From: Oopsacas minuta
Lineage: Eukaryota > Animalia > Porifera
Assembly: GCA_024704765.1 (NCBI GenBank)
Contig: JAKMXF010000088.1
Coordinates: forward strand, 434,001 to 498,000
DNA: 64,000 nucleotides
Reading direction: 5' to 3'
Shown: one piece after another, positions 41,301 to 51,366 of the stretch
How positions within the stretch are numbered: position 1 is the stretch's first letter
Layout of the letters: each line of letters begins with the position of its first letter
Translations under genes and position numbers: made by a program
Notes under the pieces: model-generated
What the model was told of the DNA's origin: nothing
The model's input: only the letters and a program-made list of their open reading frames with translations
Databases searched by the model: none

Positions 41301-44300
41301 CTGGGATATGTTGTAGATATTCTGGCTTTTACTTTTGATCATCGTTTGAAATAATATCCCAAGGACGTAGAAATATATTTTCTACGTCTGGATCTGCCCC
41401 TGATTGGGAGGCAAAGTCAGTTGCTTTTTTAGGAATTATTAATAAAGTAATTCGAGACATAAATATTTGCAAGTTGGTCTTACATATTCTAATCTGAGTA
41501 GATATAAGCTTGTATATACTTATTTAGGAAAGTAAGACTTTCTAGTTACTCGACACACCCATTTTACTGAATATTTGTTAATCTGAGGCTAATTTGTATC
41601 AACCAAAGCATTCCTATATAGCACTTTGGTTACTAGGTTATGTAATACATTATCTCATTATACTATCACTCCCATTGTCTTGGAGATTGTAGGTTCAGCG
41701 ATTTCACTTTTTGATTTGACTATCCTGATATATGTAAGATAATTTGAACTTTTGTCTCGTAGACTTTTGATAATTTGTTTTGTTGAGCTTATTTCACATT
41801 TTTCTTTAAAGGTGAAATAATTTAGTTTCCTTAATCTGTGGGCTTCACATTGAGCGACTGTGATTGTATTTAATCCAGTTCGCTGGTTGTATCACCAAAT
41901 GGCTGACAACATTACACATACTCCGACAGGAGGAGGTCTAGATCTATACCCTCAAACCTGCCTTATATTGTCACAATATCATACTTGATGAATTTGTTTG
42001 TTCATGATATTTTATTGATATTTCTATTAGTCCATCACAAGCTCTCAATGTTTATGAATCCATCTCCAAAGAATTTGAATCTGCTCTACTTTGGCTGAAT
42101 AATGGTTTAGAATTTGTAACTTATCCAAACGTGTATTTTTCTAACCAACCATCTGAGGAAGAAGGAATGTGTGAAGAGATGAAACAAGACGTATCATCAC
42201 TACAGAAAGTTATTGATAATGGAGTTAATGAAACCATGGATTTTTTCCTTAAGGTAAATAGCTGATCCATATTTCTATAATAATTAGCACTACAGACAAC
42301 TCCCGTACATCGAACTCCACTTAATAATACTACAAATAGACAATAGAATTTAGATACTTTCCTTGATTAGTAAAGACCATGGATTAGTGAGTTGTGGGAG
42401 ACGTAGCCTTTAGGAGGAGAATGGAATCATCTAGGAGACATTCATTGTGAATAGTAAATGTTATCTCTGAATAGAGTCGATAAAGGACGGTTTTGGCCCA
42501 TATTAATACAATTTCAGACTTCGATATAACTGGAGTTGGCTGTACTACAGCTCTCTTATTCAACTTATACATTTATGAAATCTGTCTCTCTTAGCTTCTC
42601 CGTGCTCCATTAGCTGGCCTAATCGATGAGAACCACGTCCAATTAAGTTTGAGTCCTTCTAGCACATGTACTGAGACTAGCGGGTATATGTCTAGCTCTG
42701 CTTCAAATATTTCTAGATCTTCTCCAACACATAAACAACACTCTACACATAATCCTAATATTGATATTGTTAATGGTAAGTTCACCTGTTTATAGCAACC
42801 CTACATGCAATAAATCATAGCATTCTATATACGAATCTATTCACCAACTCCCTAACGTGCTTCTGTGACGTAGAAAAATAAGTTGTGCCCAAGTTTTTAT
42901 AGTTATTTCGTTGGCTACACCCCCAGCGAGGGAGGCGATTATTGAAGAGGAAAACGTTATTCGAGGGATTTACAAATCGAAGAAATAATATTTGTAGCTA
43001 GATTTCTCAGTCAGAAATTACTAGAATTTTAGGAAATTGGTATTCAGTATAACCTCCATAAACGGGGCTGTGCACCCGTGGAACTTCTCGAAACGGAGCG
43101 AAAAATAAATGGAACGAATTTTTAGTCCCATACAAATGACTTTTATTAACGGGGAATTTGGAAAACCAGGAAAACGGGGTAGCATTTCCCAAAGTTCCTG
43201 AAACCCCTTTTTTGGAGATCACACTGTATTACTATTTTCTTGCTATCTTGCAAGTTGCAACAAAAGATGCTTAATCCTTTCATAATTTTAATATTTAGAT
43301 TTACTTCAAGTATTCTATAAGACCCTACATGATACATACACATCTACAGAGCTAATCCCTGAGATATTCACTAACCTATTCGCACGAATAAAGAAGTATT
43401 TATCTAGCTTTATATTCGAGTACGGAGAGGAATTAGGCCTATACAGTCATACACGAGGTGTTCAAATGAAGAATTGTGTAGCAGAAATTGAGCAGTGGGC
43501 AATCCGTACTGGATTGATGCAAGAGTATGATACTCCTGCTTCTTCTTTAGATAGTATTCTTAGATTATTGTCTACTGGCTGTGATGAACTTGTCAAGGTT
43601 TGTTTGTTTGTCTATTTCAGCGTTTCCCAACTCGTGCACCCCTTATACGTTTATTGTTTGTTTGTTTGTAGATGGAATGGAACAGATTAAGAAAGAACTA
43701 TCCTCTTCTCTCTCCACCACAATTACATCACATATTATTACATTACAATCTACCTGGCATTCCAGGCTTGTCAGGGTTACCAGGATCTACGTCATATGAT
43801 CTTATGCCTCCTATATCTCTTGTTATAACACCAGAGCATTGGAGACCTTCAATCACTGAGGCAGACTCAGCATTTAATAATTGTAAGAATCTTATACGTA
43901 ATATACAGTCAACTCCCGTTACATCAAAGCCCAAGGGGTGGCGAAAATTATTCGATAAAACCGATAAAATTATGCTATTTGACGGTTAGGGACCATATTT
44001 GGATATTGTAATTTTATACTTTTCTATTCTATTAGCTCAAATAAAGGAACGAGGCTATCTCCCTCCCCCTTTCATATTCCCTTCACAGCCTTACATACTC
44101 ATGCCTGATAAAGTATCTTCTGACATTCCATTTGAACAATACGTTGACAAGTTGTATGCTAGCTTGAAGGATAAGCCTCCAACCAGTCCGGAGTCTTACG
44201 ATTCATCTAGCAATACTGTATCACCGATGCAGGACTTGGATAATGATTCTTCTCAAGATGAGTTTGTTACTGAGAGACGATTTAGCTCTTTTGATAATAG

Positions 44301-47300
44301 TAAGTTGGAAATAATTGTAGATAAGGCCCCTGTTAATGAAAAACTTGTTTCAGTTCCATGTGATGTCCATCTAAGCATGCAAGCGAGCTGCATTTCATAT
44401 CTCACTATTTTACGACGTTATCATAATACAAAGCCAATTCATCGAAAAATTCAATGACTCAACTTCTAAATATGTGTAATTAAGCGTGTTAGAGGAGATC
44501 TGTGAAGATATAATCACTACTATTCACCCGTTAGTTAGTAAATATTTTGTTGTTGAGTTTCACTGATAAAATGGTGAATTGATCACAATATTCATACGAC
44601 AGGTAAACTTGATGCGGGCGGAGGAGTTGAAACAAGTTCCCAAATAACAGTGACTAAAAGTGAATATATTTAACAGGATTTGACCCAATTCTGTTAATTT
44701 CCAGTATCCAGTAGTAACAGAATTGACATAGTTTTGATAATTTTTCATTTTTAGTTATTGGATGTTCAGATTTTGAATCAAGTCTATCAAATATGATGTG
44801 TCGTCGTAATTCAGTTGATTTTCTTCTCTCTTCTGGTGATAATGATTTCTTAACTGACTTTGAAAATGAAAGATTTTGTTTTACCCCTGAACACACTCTA
44901 AACGGTATTTTCAGCTCCACTTTACTTGACAGACCGAAATCTCTTGACTGTTTACACAGACATACGAAGAGTGATACTATTAATTATGACAACGTATTCG
45001 GGGTTAGTTTAGTGTGTTATTAGCTATGTTTTATTAATATATTATTACTCTATTTGTTAAGTGGAAATTATATGAAAATATTATTTTGTATGTAATTGGA
45101 ATTATTAAAATTGCACAAGCATGTTTCCCAGTTATATTCTTGTAAATTATTCATGTAATTTAGTAGAGTCAACTTCCGTTATATCCAACACGGATATATT
45201 GAAATACCCGCTTATATCAAAGTCTCGATTGTGCAAATATGATCCCAAACCATCAAAGCAACATCCGCCTATTTTCGAAGAATTTATTCCGGTCCCTTGA
45301 GCTTCGGTATAACTGGAGTTACCTGATTCACATGAATAGAATTTACTGATTTATTAGTCATTTACTATCTTCATTGAAGCATTGTGTAATAATCCAATAA
45401 CACTATGTCTAGGACAATATACGTGTGTGTAAACATATTGTTTCAAAACCAGTAACTATTCATTATTACTTGCGCGATCGATATCTAAGAGCTATCCCTG
45501 CCTATTTAAGATGCTTGTTTTGTAGATCATATATTTTTTACATCCTCCAAGCTGTGGCCCTAAACAATGAAATACCCCGTAGACATCAAAGGATGAGTAA
45601 TTCACTTACGAAGTTCATCCGTGTATTTTATACAATTCATTGTTATAGCTAAAACTAAAACACATCTATACTGCAGATGGCACTTCAAAAGATTTGATAT
45701 TTATATTTTGCAATTTCTTCTTATTGTAAAAGATTCTACACATCTGGACCAATATGATAATCCGTAAAATTAGGACTTCTTAGACCCATTGGTGGTCCAC
45801 TGGGGAGAGTAGGGGGTCCACAGAATGTTGTAAAATTGGTATAGAGGGTCCACTGGTGAAAATGGTTGGCGAAATCAAATTTGAAATTTGATATTATTCC
45901 TTAAAGATAAAAGAATGATACAAATATTCTTTTAGATTTCAGATATTCCAGTTTCAAGATATGAAGTAGGATTCACACAGAGTCCATCTACACCTCACAA
46001 ATCTTCAAGTTTAGAACATCATCAACTAAAAATATCTCACTCACCCCCTGTAAATGTGAAAAATAAAGAATCAGACCTATTGGATTTATTAGGCAGCCCA
46101 GATGTGTCTAGTGAGTCTGAGGGAGGAGATGTAACACCTAAGACTAAACGAAAACCGTTTGTAACTACTTTAAGTTTTGAAATAAAACCTTTCCTTACTC
46201 CACCGCTTCTATCTCATACAGTTAATTTGACAGATGAAGATTCCTCAAAGGTGTGAAATTATTATTCATATATAATACAATAATGTTTATTAAATCAGAT
46301 TAAAATATATTTGTCAAACTTTTTCTTGTCGTGGAGGTATTAGTCAATTATACATTGTAACCTCCACAAACGGGACCTCTGGAAACGGAGTGAAAAATAA
46401 ATAGAGCGAAGAATTCCTAGTCCCACAAAAATGAACCTCCACATTCCACTTTGTGGAGGGTACTCTGTATTCCACTGGCATAGCAATTGTAAACCAATAA
46501 TCTTAGCGAAAATCTTCTTTGGGAAAATGAGATTTTGGTGCAAAATTTGTTATGCCAATGACATTGACTTAAAGCGAATATGTTTGTACAGTAAATTTTC
46601 TTACTAACTGTCTCAGGCCTAGAAATTGGCCAGAACTGTCCTCTATAAAGTGGCCGTTATATAATTTCCATTGTATTAACGATTGTATATTTAGTCAGAT
46701 GATGAGACTCCTATCAATTCGAGATATCCACATATAGGATCTACACCAGTATCGAGAATAAGAGAGATTAATATAATTAAGGATATTGATAAACCTATTG
46801 GATTAGAATTGGTTAGAGGAGATAAGACTGAAGAGAATATTCCTGGAATATATATCAAATCTATTGCTAGAGATAGTTCTGCTAGCGGAGTAAGTTGTTT
46901 GTTTGTTTGTTTGTATATTTGTTTGTTTACTGGAACTTAATACACTTTAGAACTCACAACTAACGATAGGCTCAAAAATACTCTCAATTAATCACACACC
47001 ACTAAATCCAACTGATCTCAACAAGTAAGTATATTCTCTCTTAGCACAAAAGTTTACAATCAACTCCCCGTTATATCTAACATGGATATATAGAAATACC
47101 CGCTTATATTGAAGTCTAAAATTGTACAAATATGGTCCCAAACCGCCAAAGTAACATATATATTTCATCGGGATATAGAAGCAATTATCGCGATCCCTTA
47201 AGCTTCGATATAACGGAAGTTGACTGTATTATCCAAATATTTTAATTCCTTTATTTTAGTGCTAAAGAACTTATATCTTCTTCAGAAGAAAATATCCTTT

Positions 47301-47338
47301 TCAGAGTTTTACCCTGTGACAGACATTTCATAAACTAA
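29370..47338 (+). CDS. RADIL/afadin-family Rap1 effector, RA-RA-FHA-DIL-PDZ, ~1466 aa, 18 exons
   Basis: Exons: 29370-29504, 29704-29875, 34648-34804, 36722-37466, 38221-38598, 39897-40076, 40228-40728, 40858-40901, 42031-42253, 42595-42775, 43299-43597, 43672-43882, 44036-44299, 44755-45002, 45936-46250, 46695-46889, 46951-47024, 47260-47338. Total 4401 nt with all phases consistent. RA1 VRFFLD..EKYSP, RA2 ending RRFELKK, FHA GDLIQLGDNFLFMYRNP, DIL EQWAIRTGL and LSPPQLHHILLHY, PDZ PGIYIKSI..LTIGSKILSIN. Confidence 0.85.
29537..29640. mobile_element. MITE family B fragment
   Basis: TA|CAGTGTAACCTCCACAAA start, aaacggagtgaa. Confidence 0.8.
29928..30103. mobile_element. MITE family A, degenerate
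   Basis: Left TIR and core; right end eroded. Confidence 0.78.
31587..31747. mobile_element. MITE family E, single copy
   Basis: TA|cagtattacctctctgtagtgaac ... gttcactagtggaggtttcactg with an internally repeated gttca motif. Confidence 0.7.
33743..34020. mobile_element. MITE family A-derived composite with unrelated internal sequence
   Basis: Family A termini at both ends enclose ~130 bp not seen in other copies. Confidence 0.75.
35014..35927. mobile_element. 914-bp non-autonomous Tc1-like foldback element with ~340-bp terminal inverted repeats
   Basis: TA|CAGTCAGGGGACAAAAGTATTCGACCAC at one end and its reverse complement |TA at the other. Arms 35014-~35354 and ~35586-35927 differ by about 2 substitutions and 1 indel. 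No transposase ORF. Confidence 0.9.
36146..36297. mobile_element. MITE family C, copy 1 (152 bp)
   Basis: Perfect 29-bp TIR CAGTCGACTCCGGTTAATCGGACCATTTT, TA flanks. Confidence 0.92.
36496..36624. mobile_element. MITE family A, internally deleted
   Basis: Both TIRs, TA flanks. Confidence 0.85.
38646..38816. mobile_element. MITE family A
   Basis: Full length, TA flanks. Confidence 0.87.
39655..39829. mobile_element. MITE family A, reverse orientation, degenerate
   Basis: gaccatatttgtactattt core and one terminus. Confidence 0.78.
42293..42542. mobile_element. MITE family A-derived element with longer internal region
   Basis: Both family A termini with TA flanks; partial core. Confidence 0.7.
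43045..43226. mobile_element. MITE family B, long form
   Basis: Both TIRs and core. Confidence 0.83.
43906..44013. mobile_element. MITE family A fragment
   Basis: TA|CAGTCAACTCCCGTTA start and gggaccatattt core. Confidence 0.78.
44325..44654. mobile_element. Family G MITE
   Basis: TAA|GGCCCCTGTT start and TAA at the far end; colinear with 26540-26823 plus an internal insertion. Confidence 0.75.
45166..45325. mobile_element. MITE family A
   Basis: Both TIRs and core. Confidence 0.85.
46353..46467. mobile_element. MITE family B
   Basis: Both TIRs, TA flanks. Confidence 0.85.
47057..47226. mobile_element. MITE family A
   Basis: Full length, TA flanks. Confidence 0.88.
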
Positions 47339-47519
47339 TCTCGCTCACTTCATAACGCGATCATAATCTCTCAAACCGATAAATGCTGCATTCACATACT
47401 CACCTGTATATTTAGGATCTTCTTATTGTTATAATTACACTCAATTAGTGTATTTTAATTATTTAATTCGCCGTGTTCACATAATAAACTTAGAATTATA
47501 TTATTAATATTTGTATAGA

Positions 47520-47619
47520 AAACTTCATTGGCATGGGACTAGGAATTCTCCTATATATTTTTCACTCAGTTTCTAGAAGCTCTCCATTTCCACAGGCCTC
47601 GTTTATGGAGGTGACACTG
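47520..47619. mobile_element. MITE family B fragment
   Basis: gggactaggaattc core and right TIR. Confidence 0.78.
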
Positions 47620-48322
47620 TATTACATTCGAACTCCGGTTAATCGAGCCAAAATTGTAAGGTCCCGATGTGACCCTATTAAGCAGAGTCTGCTGTACTTT
47701 GTTATTCAAAGCTCTATTCTGAGTAATCTAATATATTACCCAATTAAAGAACAAGTGATTAAAATACGAGTTATATTTCTGGAAATATACTAATGCAAAT
47801 GATTCAAACCTCAAAACACAATTAATTGAACTTCCTTAAAACTGATCAACAATAATTACGTAATCCCGCCTCCCAGGTCAACACCCAACTCTTTACAAAT
47901 CAGCTGCTATATAGCTAAGTTTGGGTTAGATAATCTTTGATTAAATTACAGTATTGTATATCCATAATTGCAGACTACTGATAGTGATGTCTTCTCATTA
48001 ATTATCAGTAAACCCAGCTTGAAGGATTTGATTAATTATGAACAAAGTAACCACATCAAAAGGTGTGATTATAGTGTCTGTTTGAGAATTGTATAGTTGT
48101 AGTAATTGTATATGCCAATATATGGATATTGCAAAAGTAATTACGGATACGTCTTGGGCGGGATTTTACAGTCGTATGTATATGAATATTGGTAAATCGG
48201 TAAGTATTAGGATGTTGCTGTACCTCTGCGTATATCATATTTTTAAGGGGTTAATTAACTACAAATTCTTACACCTTTTGGTTACATGTACTACGGTCTG
48301 TGTAGATGAAGATTTAATATTA

Positions 48323-48577
48323 CAGTAAACTCCCGTTACATCTAACACGGGTATATCGATATACCCGCTTATATCGATATACCCGCTAATATAGATGTAC
48401 CCGCTTATATCGATATACCCGCTAATATAGATGTACCCGCTTATATCGATATACCCGCTAATATCGAAGTCTAAAATTGTACAAATATGCTCCCAAAGCC
48501 GGAAAAACACCTGAATTAATTTGTTATATTGAAGTAATTATCTCTTGAGCTTCAATATACGTAACAAGAGTTGACTG
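48323..48577. mobile_element. MITE family A with internal 18-bp tandem amplification
   Basis: Both termini; six ATATCGATATACCCGCT(T/A)-like units at 48353-48460. Confidence 0.87.
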
Positions 48578-48591
48578 TGCCATGAATAACC

Positions 48592-48616
48592 TATATCTTT
48601 ATTTGATATTATTTAG
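48592..48616 (+). promoter_or_regulatory. Candidate (trans-)splice acceptor of membrane paralog 1
   Basis: tatatctttatttgatattattTAG|cATG. Confidence 0.6.
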
Positions 48617-48617
48617 C

Positions 48618-49073
48618 ATGCAACCTTGGTGGGTGATCATATTCACCATTTGGTATGTGGTATCTCTGATCTATGTAGGGAAGAGATGTTGGTCTGGGGG
48701 CTTGTTAATAGGTGTTGCTACATGCTGGGGAATAATCGGGGGGACATGGGAACATGTCAAGGCTTATTACTCTGAGTTGGACGCCAGACCTGTGGAAGAC
48801 CGATGGATGCTTGTGGTTTTTGATGGTCCAATAGTACTCGCTTCCTCTTATATGCTCATCAAATTTCTCTTCAATACTCCAGCTTCTAATTTGCTGAAGA
48901 TATTTTTCTTATTTTTAGGTGCGGTATTATTTGCAAGCTTCATAATAACAACTGAAGCTAAACAGGATCTGTATTGGCATATACAACATTCAATGATACA
49001 CTTTGTTACTGCACTACAGTTTGGCGTAATTGCCTATTACTTGGACAGAGACAAGGCTAAGAAAATTAATTAG
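48618..49073 (+). CDS. Small multi-pass membrane protein, paralog 1 (~151 aa; His motif YWHxxHxxxH)
   Basis: Intronless ORF with ~5 hydrophobic segments. The ATG at 48618 aligns with the paralog starts and follows a strong acceptor; an upstream in-frame ATG lies at 48582. C-terminal KKIN dilysine. Confidence 0.75.
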   Translation: MQPWWVIIFTIWYVVSLIYVGKRCWSGGLLIGVATCWGIIGGTWEHVKAYYSELDARPVEDRWMLVVFDGPIVLASSYMLIKFLFNTPASNLLKIFFLFLGAVLFASFIITTEAKQDLYWHIQHSMIHFVTALQFGVIAYYLDRDKAKKIN

Positions 49074-49721
49074 ACTTTTAAGAGATTCTGATTTAATTCT
49101 TGTAATTACTGTAATTGGATTTGGTTGATAAATGTAGATTTATGTCGGGTAGCTGTCATAATTATTTATCAAATTGAATTATAGTCGAACGGATTAATGG
49201 GATATCGGTTAATTGAGTCACTTGTAGAGGAATAGAACTACAGTCAAACCTGCTTAAGGGCACCTGCACATAGCGGCCAGTGGCCACAATTTCTTGTCCC
49301 TTACTGGCGCTAAACTGTCTATAACGGTTCTTTTATCTAACGTCATGTTGTCGGCAAAGATTGCAAATTAGACTTTTTGCAATAGCTATTAATTCCGAAT
49401 TATTCAAACTTCCCAGAATGTTTTCATATCAATCCGTCAGTCAAGAATTCCTTCAATTTCCAATAATGATAATCTATTGAGATTATAATGGCATCTTGAT
49501 GGTTTAATATCAGTGAGACATTCTTATTTGAGATAGCCAAAGACACATCGGTTTTGTCTCACAGATATTAAATACTAAATAGCACCAAATTAACCATTTA
49601 ACAATTCTAATGAATTTTGTCTGTGAATCAATTTCTAAATAAGACAGTATGTTATTTAATCTGGACAATAGTCACAAAGATTTCCTTAAATATCTAAAGT
49701 TCATAAACAACTTTTTGCAAA

Positions 49722-50192
49722 ATGATAGAACAAACGATAGAACCGTGGCTACACGTATTTTCCATCTGGTATGCAATCAGTACCGCGTATACTTTACGGA
49801 AACTTGTTTATGGAGGCGTCCTCGTTGCTGTACTAGGCACATGGGGGTTTTTATCTGATATATGGACACACCTTTCTGTATATATTTATTGGGATCCGGC
49901 TGGTACAGAAATTCCCCTTCCTAAAGTTATATTTTTAGCCCCATTTGCTTTCGCTTTCCTACATCTATATTACCAGCTATGTGCTAATACGTATGCGACG
50001 AATTTAACAAAGATTCTCTTGGCTTTATTCTTCATTGTCGGTAATGTAACATTCACTCCAGCTGATGATTCACTGAAGGATATATACTGGCATTATAATC
50101 ATAGTGTACTTCATGTGATATCTGCAGTTACTGTTGGGGTTGTTGCTCAGCATTTGGATGAACTACGGATGATAAAGGAAAAGATAAACTGA
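49722..50192 (+). CDS. Small multi-pass membrane protein, paralog 2 (156 aa)
   Basis: Aligns end to end with paralogs 1 and 3 (PW, FSIWY, WxH, NLTK, DIYWHYNHSVLH); C-terminal KEKIN. Confidence 0.8.
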   Translation: MIEQTIEPWLHVFSIWYAISTAYTLRKLVYGGVLVAVLGTWGFLSDIWTHLSVYIYWDPAGTEIPLPKVIFLAPFAFAFLHLYYQLCANTYATNLTKILLALFFIVGNVTFTPADDSLKDIYWHYNHSVLHVISAVTVGVVAQHLDELRMIKEKIN

Positions 50193-50709
50193 TTGTTTTA
50201 GGAGTTAGTGTGTGTATTTATGTATTGGAACATTTTCAAGTTGTGTCATGCTATAAGGCCACTTTGGGTTGGAAACTTGTTTCAGCTCCACCGCCCGCAT
50301 CTGATTTGGCTACCGCGCTAACATTGTCATTATTTCACTATTTACTTAATGTATTTCAACTACAAGGTGTATAAACTGGCTAGTAACACAATAGAAGCAT
50401 CTTTTTCATAGTCTAGCCTATTTTCATATCAAATTTGATTTTAATAATTATAATATTTTTATGAACGAAGTCAATGGACCAATTTCCAGCTGATACCTCA
50501 CAAAATAATGAGATAATGATAATGAACCGCCCGCATGCATGTTCAGGTGGATGTAATGTAGAACTGAAACAAATTTATCATTAACACTGCGGACACTATT
50601 TAGATAAGAACACTTAACAAACTAAATATATAATAATAGACTTAATACGAATTCCTATACAATAATTATCCGTAAATAATCAAATGTAATTATTTGTTCT
50701 TTTTGTTTA

Positions 50710-51150
50710 TCAATGTATTCCCTTCAAATACTCATCAAATACTCCTACAGTAACTACAGTAATCAGATGGAGTACAGCGTGTCTAGAATGCCAGTATATA
50801 TCCTTTATTGAGTCCTTAGAAGATGGAGTAAATACTGTATTAGCAACAATGAAGAGTAATACCATTAGAACTTTTGTTAAATTCGTCGCATAACTATCCA
50901 TACAGAGCTGATAAAACATGTAGGAGAAGGCGATTATAAACGGGACTAAAAATAAAATTCTAGAGAGGGGAAGTCCACGGCCATCAGGGTCCCAATATAC
51001 GTAAACTGAAGCATGTAGCCAAATATCTGGTATAAATGACCAAGTCCCAAGCACCGCAACAATCCTATCTCTGGAGCATAGTTTCCTTACGGTATACAAA
51101 TTAGTGACTGTATACCAGATTGAAAATATATGTAGCCAAGGTTCTATCAT
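50710..51150 (-). CDS. Small multi-pass membrane protein, paralog 3 (146 aa), inverted
   Basis: Closest to paralog 2 in protein and DNA (atgatagaaccttggctacat). Keeps DIYWHSRHAVLH. The only minus-strand gene found. Confidence 0.78.
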   Translation of the reverse strand: MIEPWLHIFSIWYTVTNLYTVRKLCSRDRIVAVLGTWSFIPDIWLHASVYVYWDPDGRGLPLSRILFLVPFIIAFSYMFYQLCMDSYATNLTKVLMVLLFIVANTVFTPSSKDSIKDIYWHSRHAVLHLITVVTVGVFDEYLKGIH

Positions 51151-51336
51151 TTGTAAGTTGGTAGAATGTTTAGGTCTTTTATTTTAATGTGACTACTGCC
51201 TTGAGAAATTTGATAGTGTATGTTTAAGGAAATTGTTCACAGACATTTTAGAAACTAAAGGTATCAGTACGATGGGTGCCGTTATAAGAATACCCCTTGG
51301 GAGTAGCAATACATGTTCTTAGAACCGTCATCCACT

Positions 51337-51364
51337 GTATTTGTATTTCGTTTCCCTTTATTAG
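51337..51364 (+). promoter_or_regulatory. Candidate (trans-)splice acceptor of HGD
   Basis: gtatttgtatttcgtttccctttatTAG|caATG. Confidence 0.62.
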
Positions 51365-51366
51365 CA

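Noticed and set aside
151-47338. Functional adhesion cluster (integrin alphas plus the Rap1 effector)
   Set aside because: They are 20 kb apart with unrelated genes between; proximity alone is weak evidence.
47974-48096. Acceptor followed by TTDSDVFSLIISK, resembling the last PDZ strand
   Set aside because: Phase 0 does not fit the phase-2 donor at 47024, and exon 47260-47338 already completes the PDZ and ends the gene.
48259-48510. ORF with ISGY(I/D) repeats
   Set aside because: It is the translation of the 18-bp tandem array inside a MITE.
51313-51366. Upstream ATG extending HGD
   Set aside because: The extension runs through the polypyrimidine/AG tract; ATG 51367 is nearer the conserved start. 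Not fully excluded.
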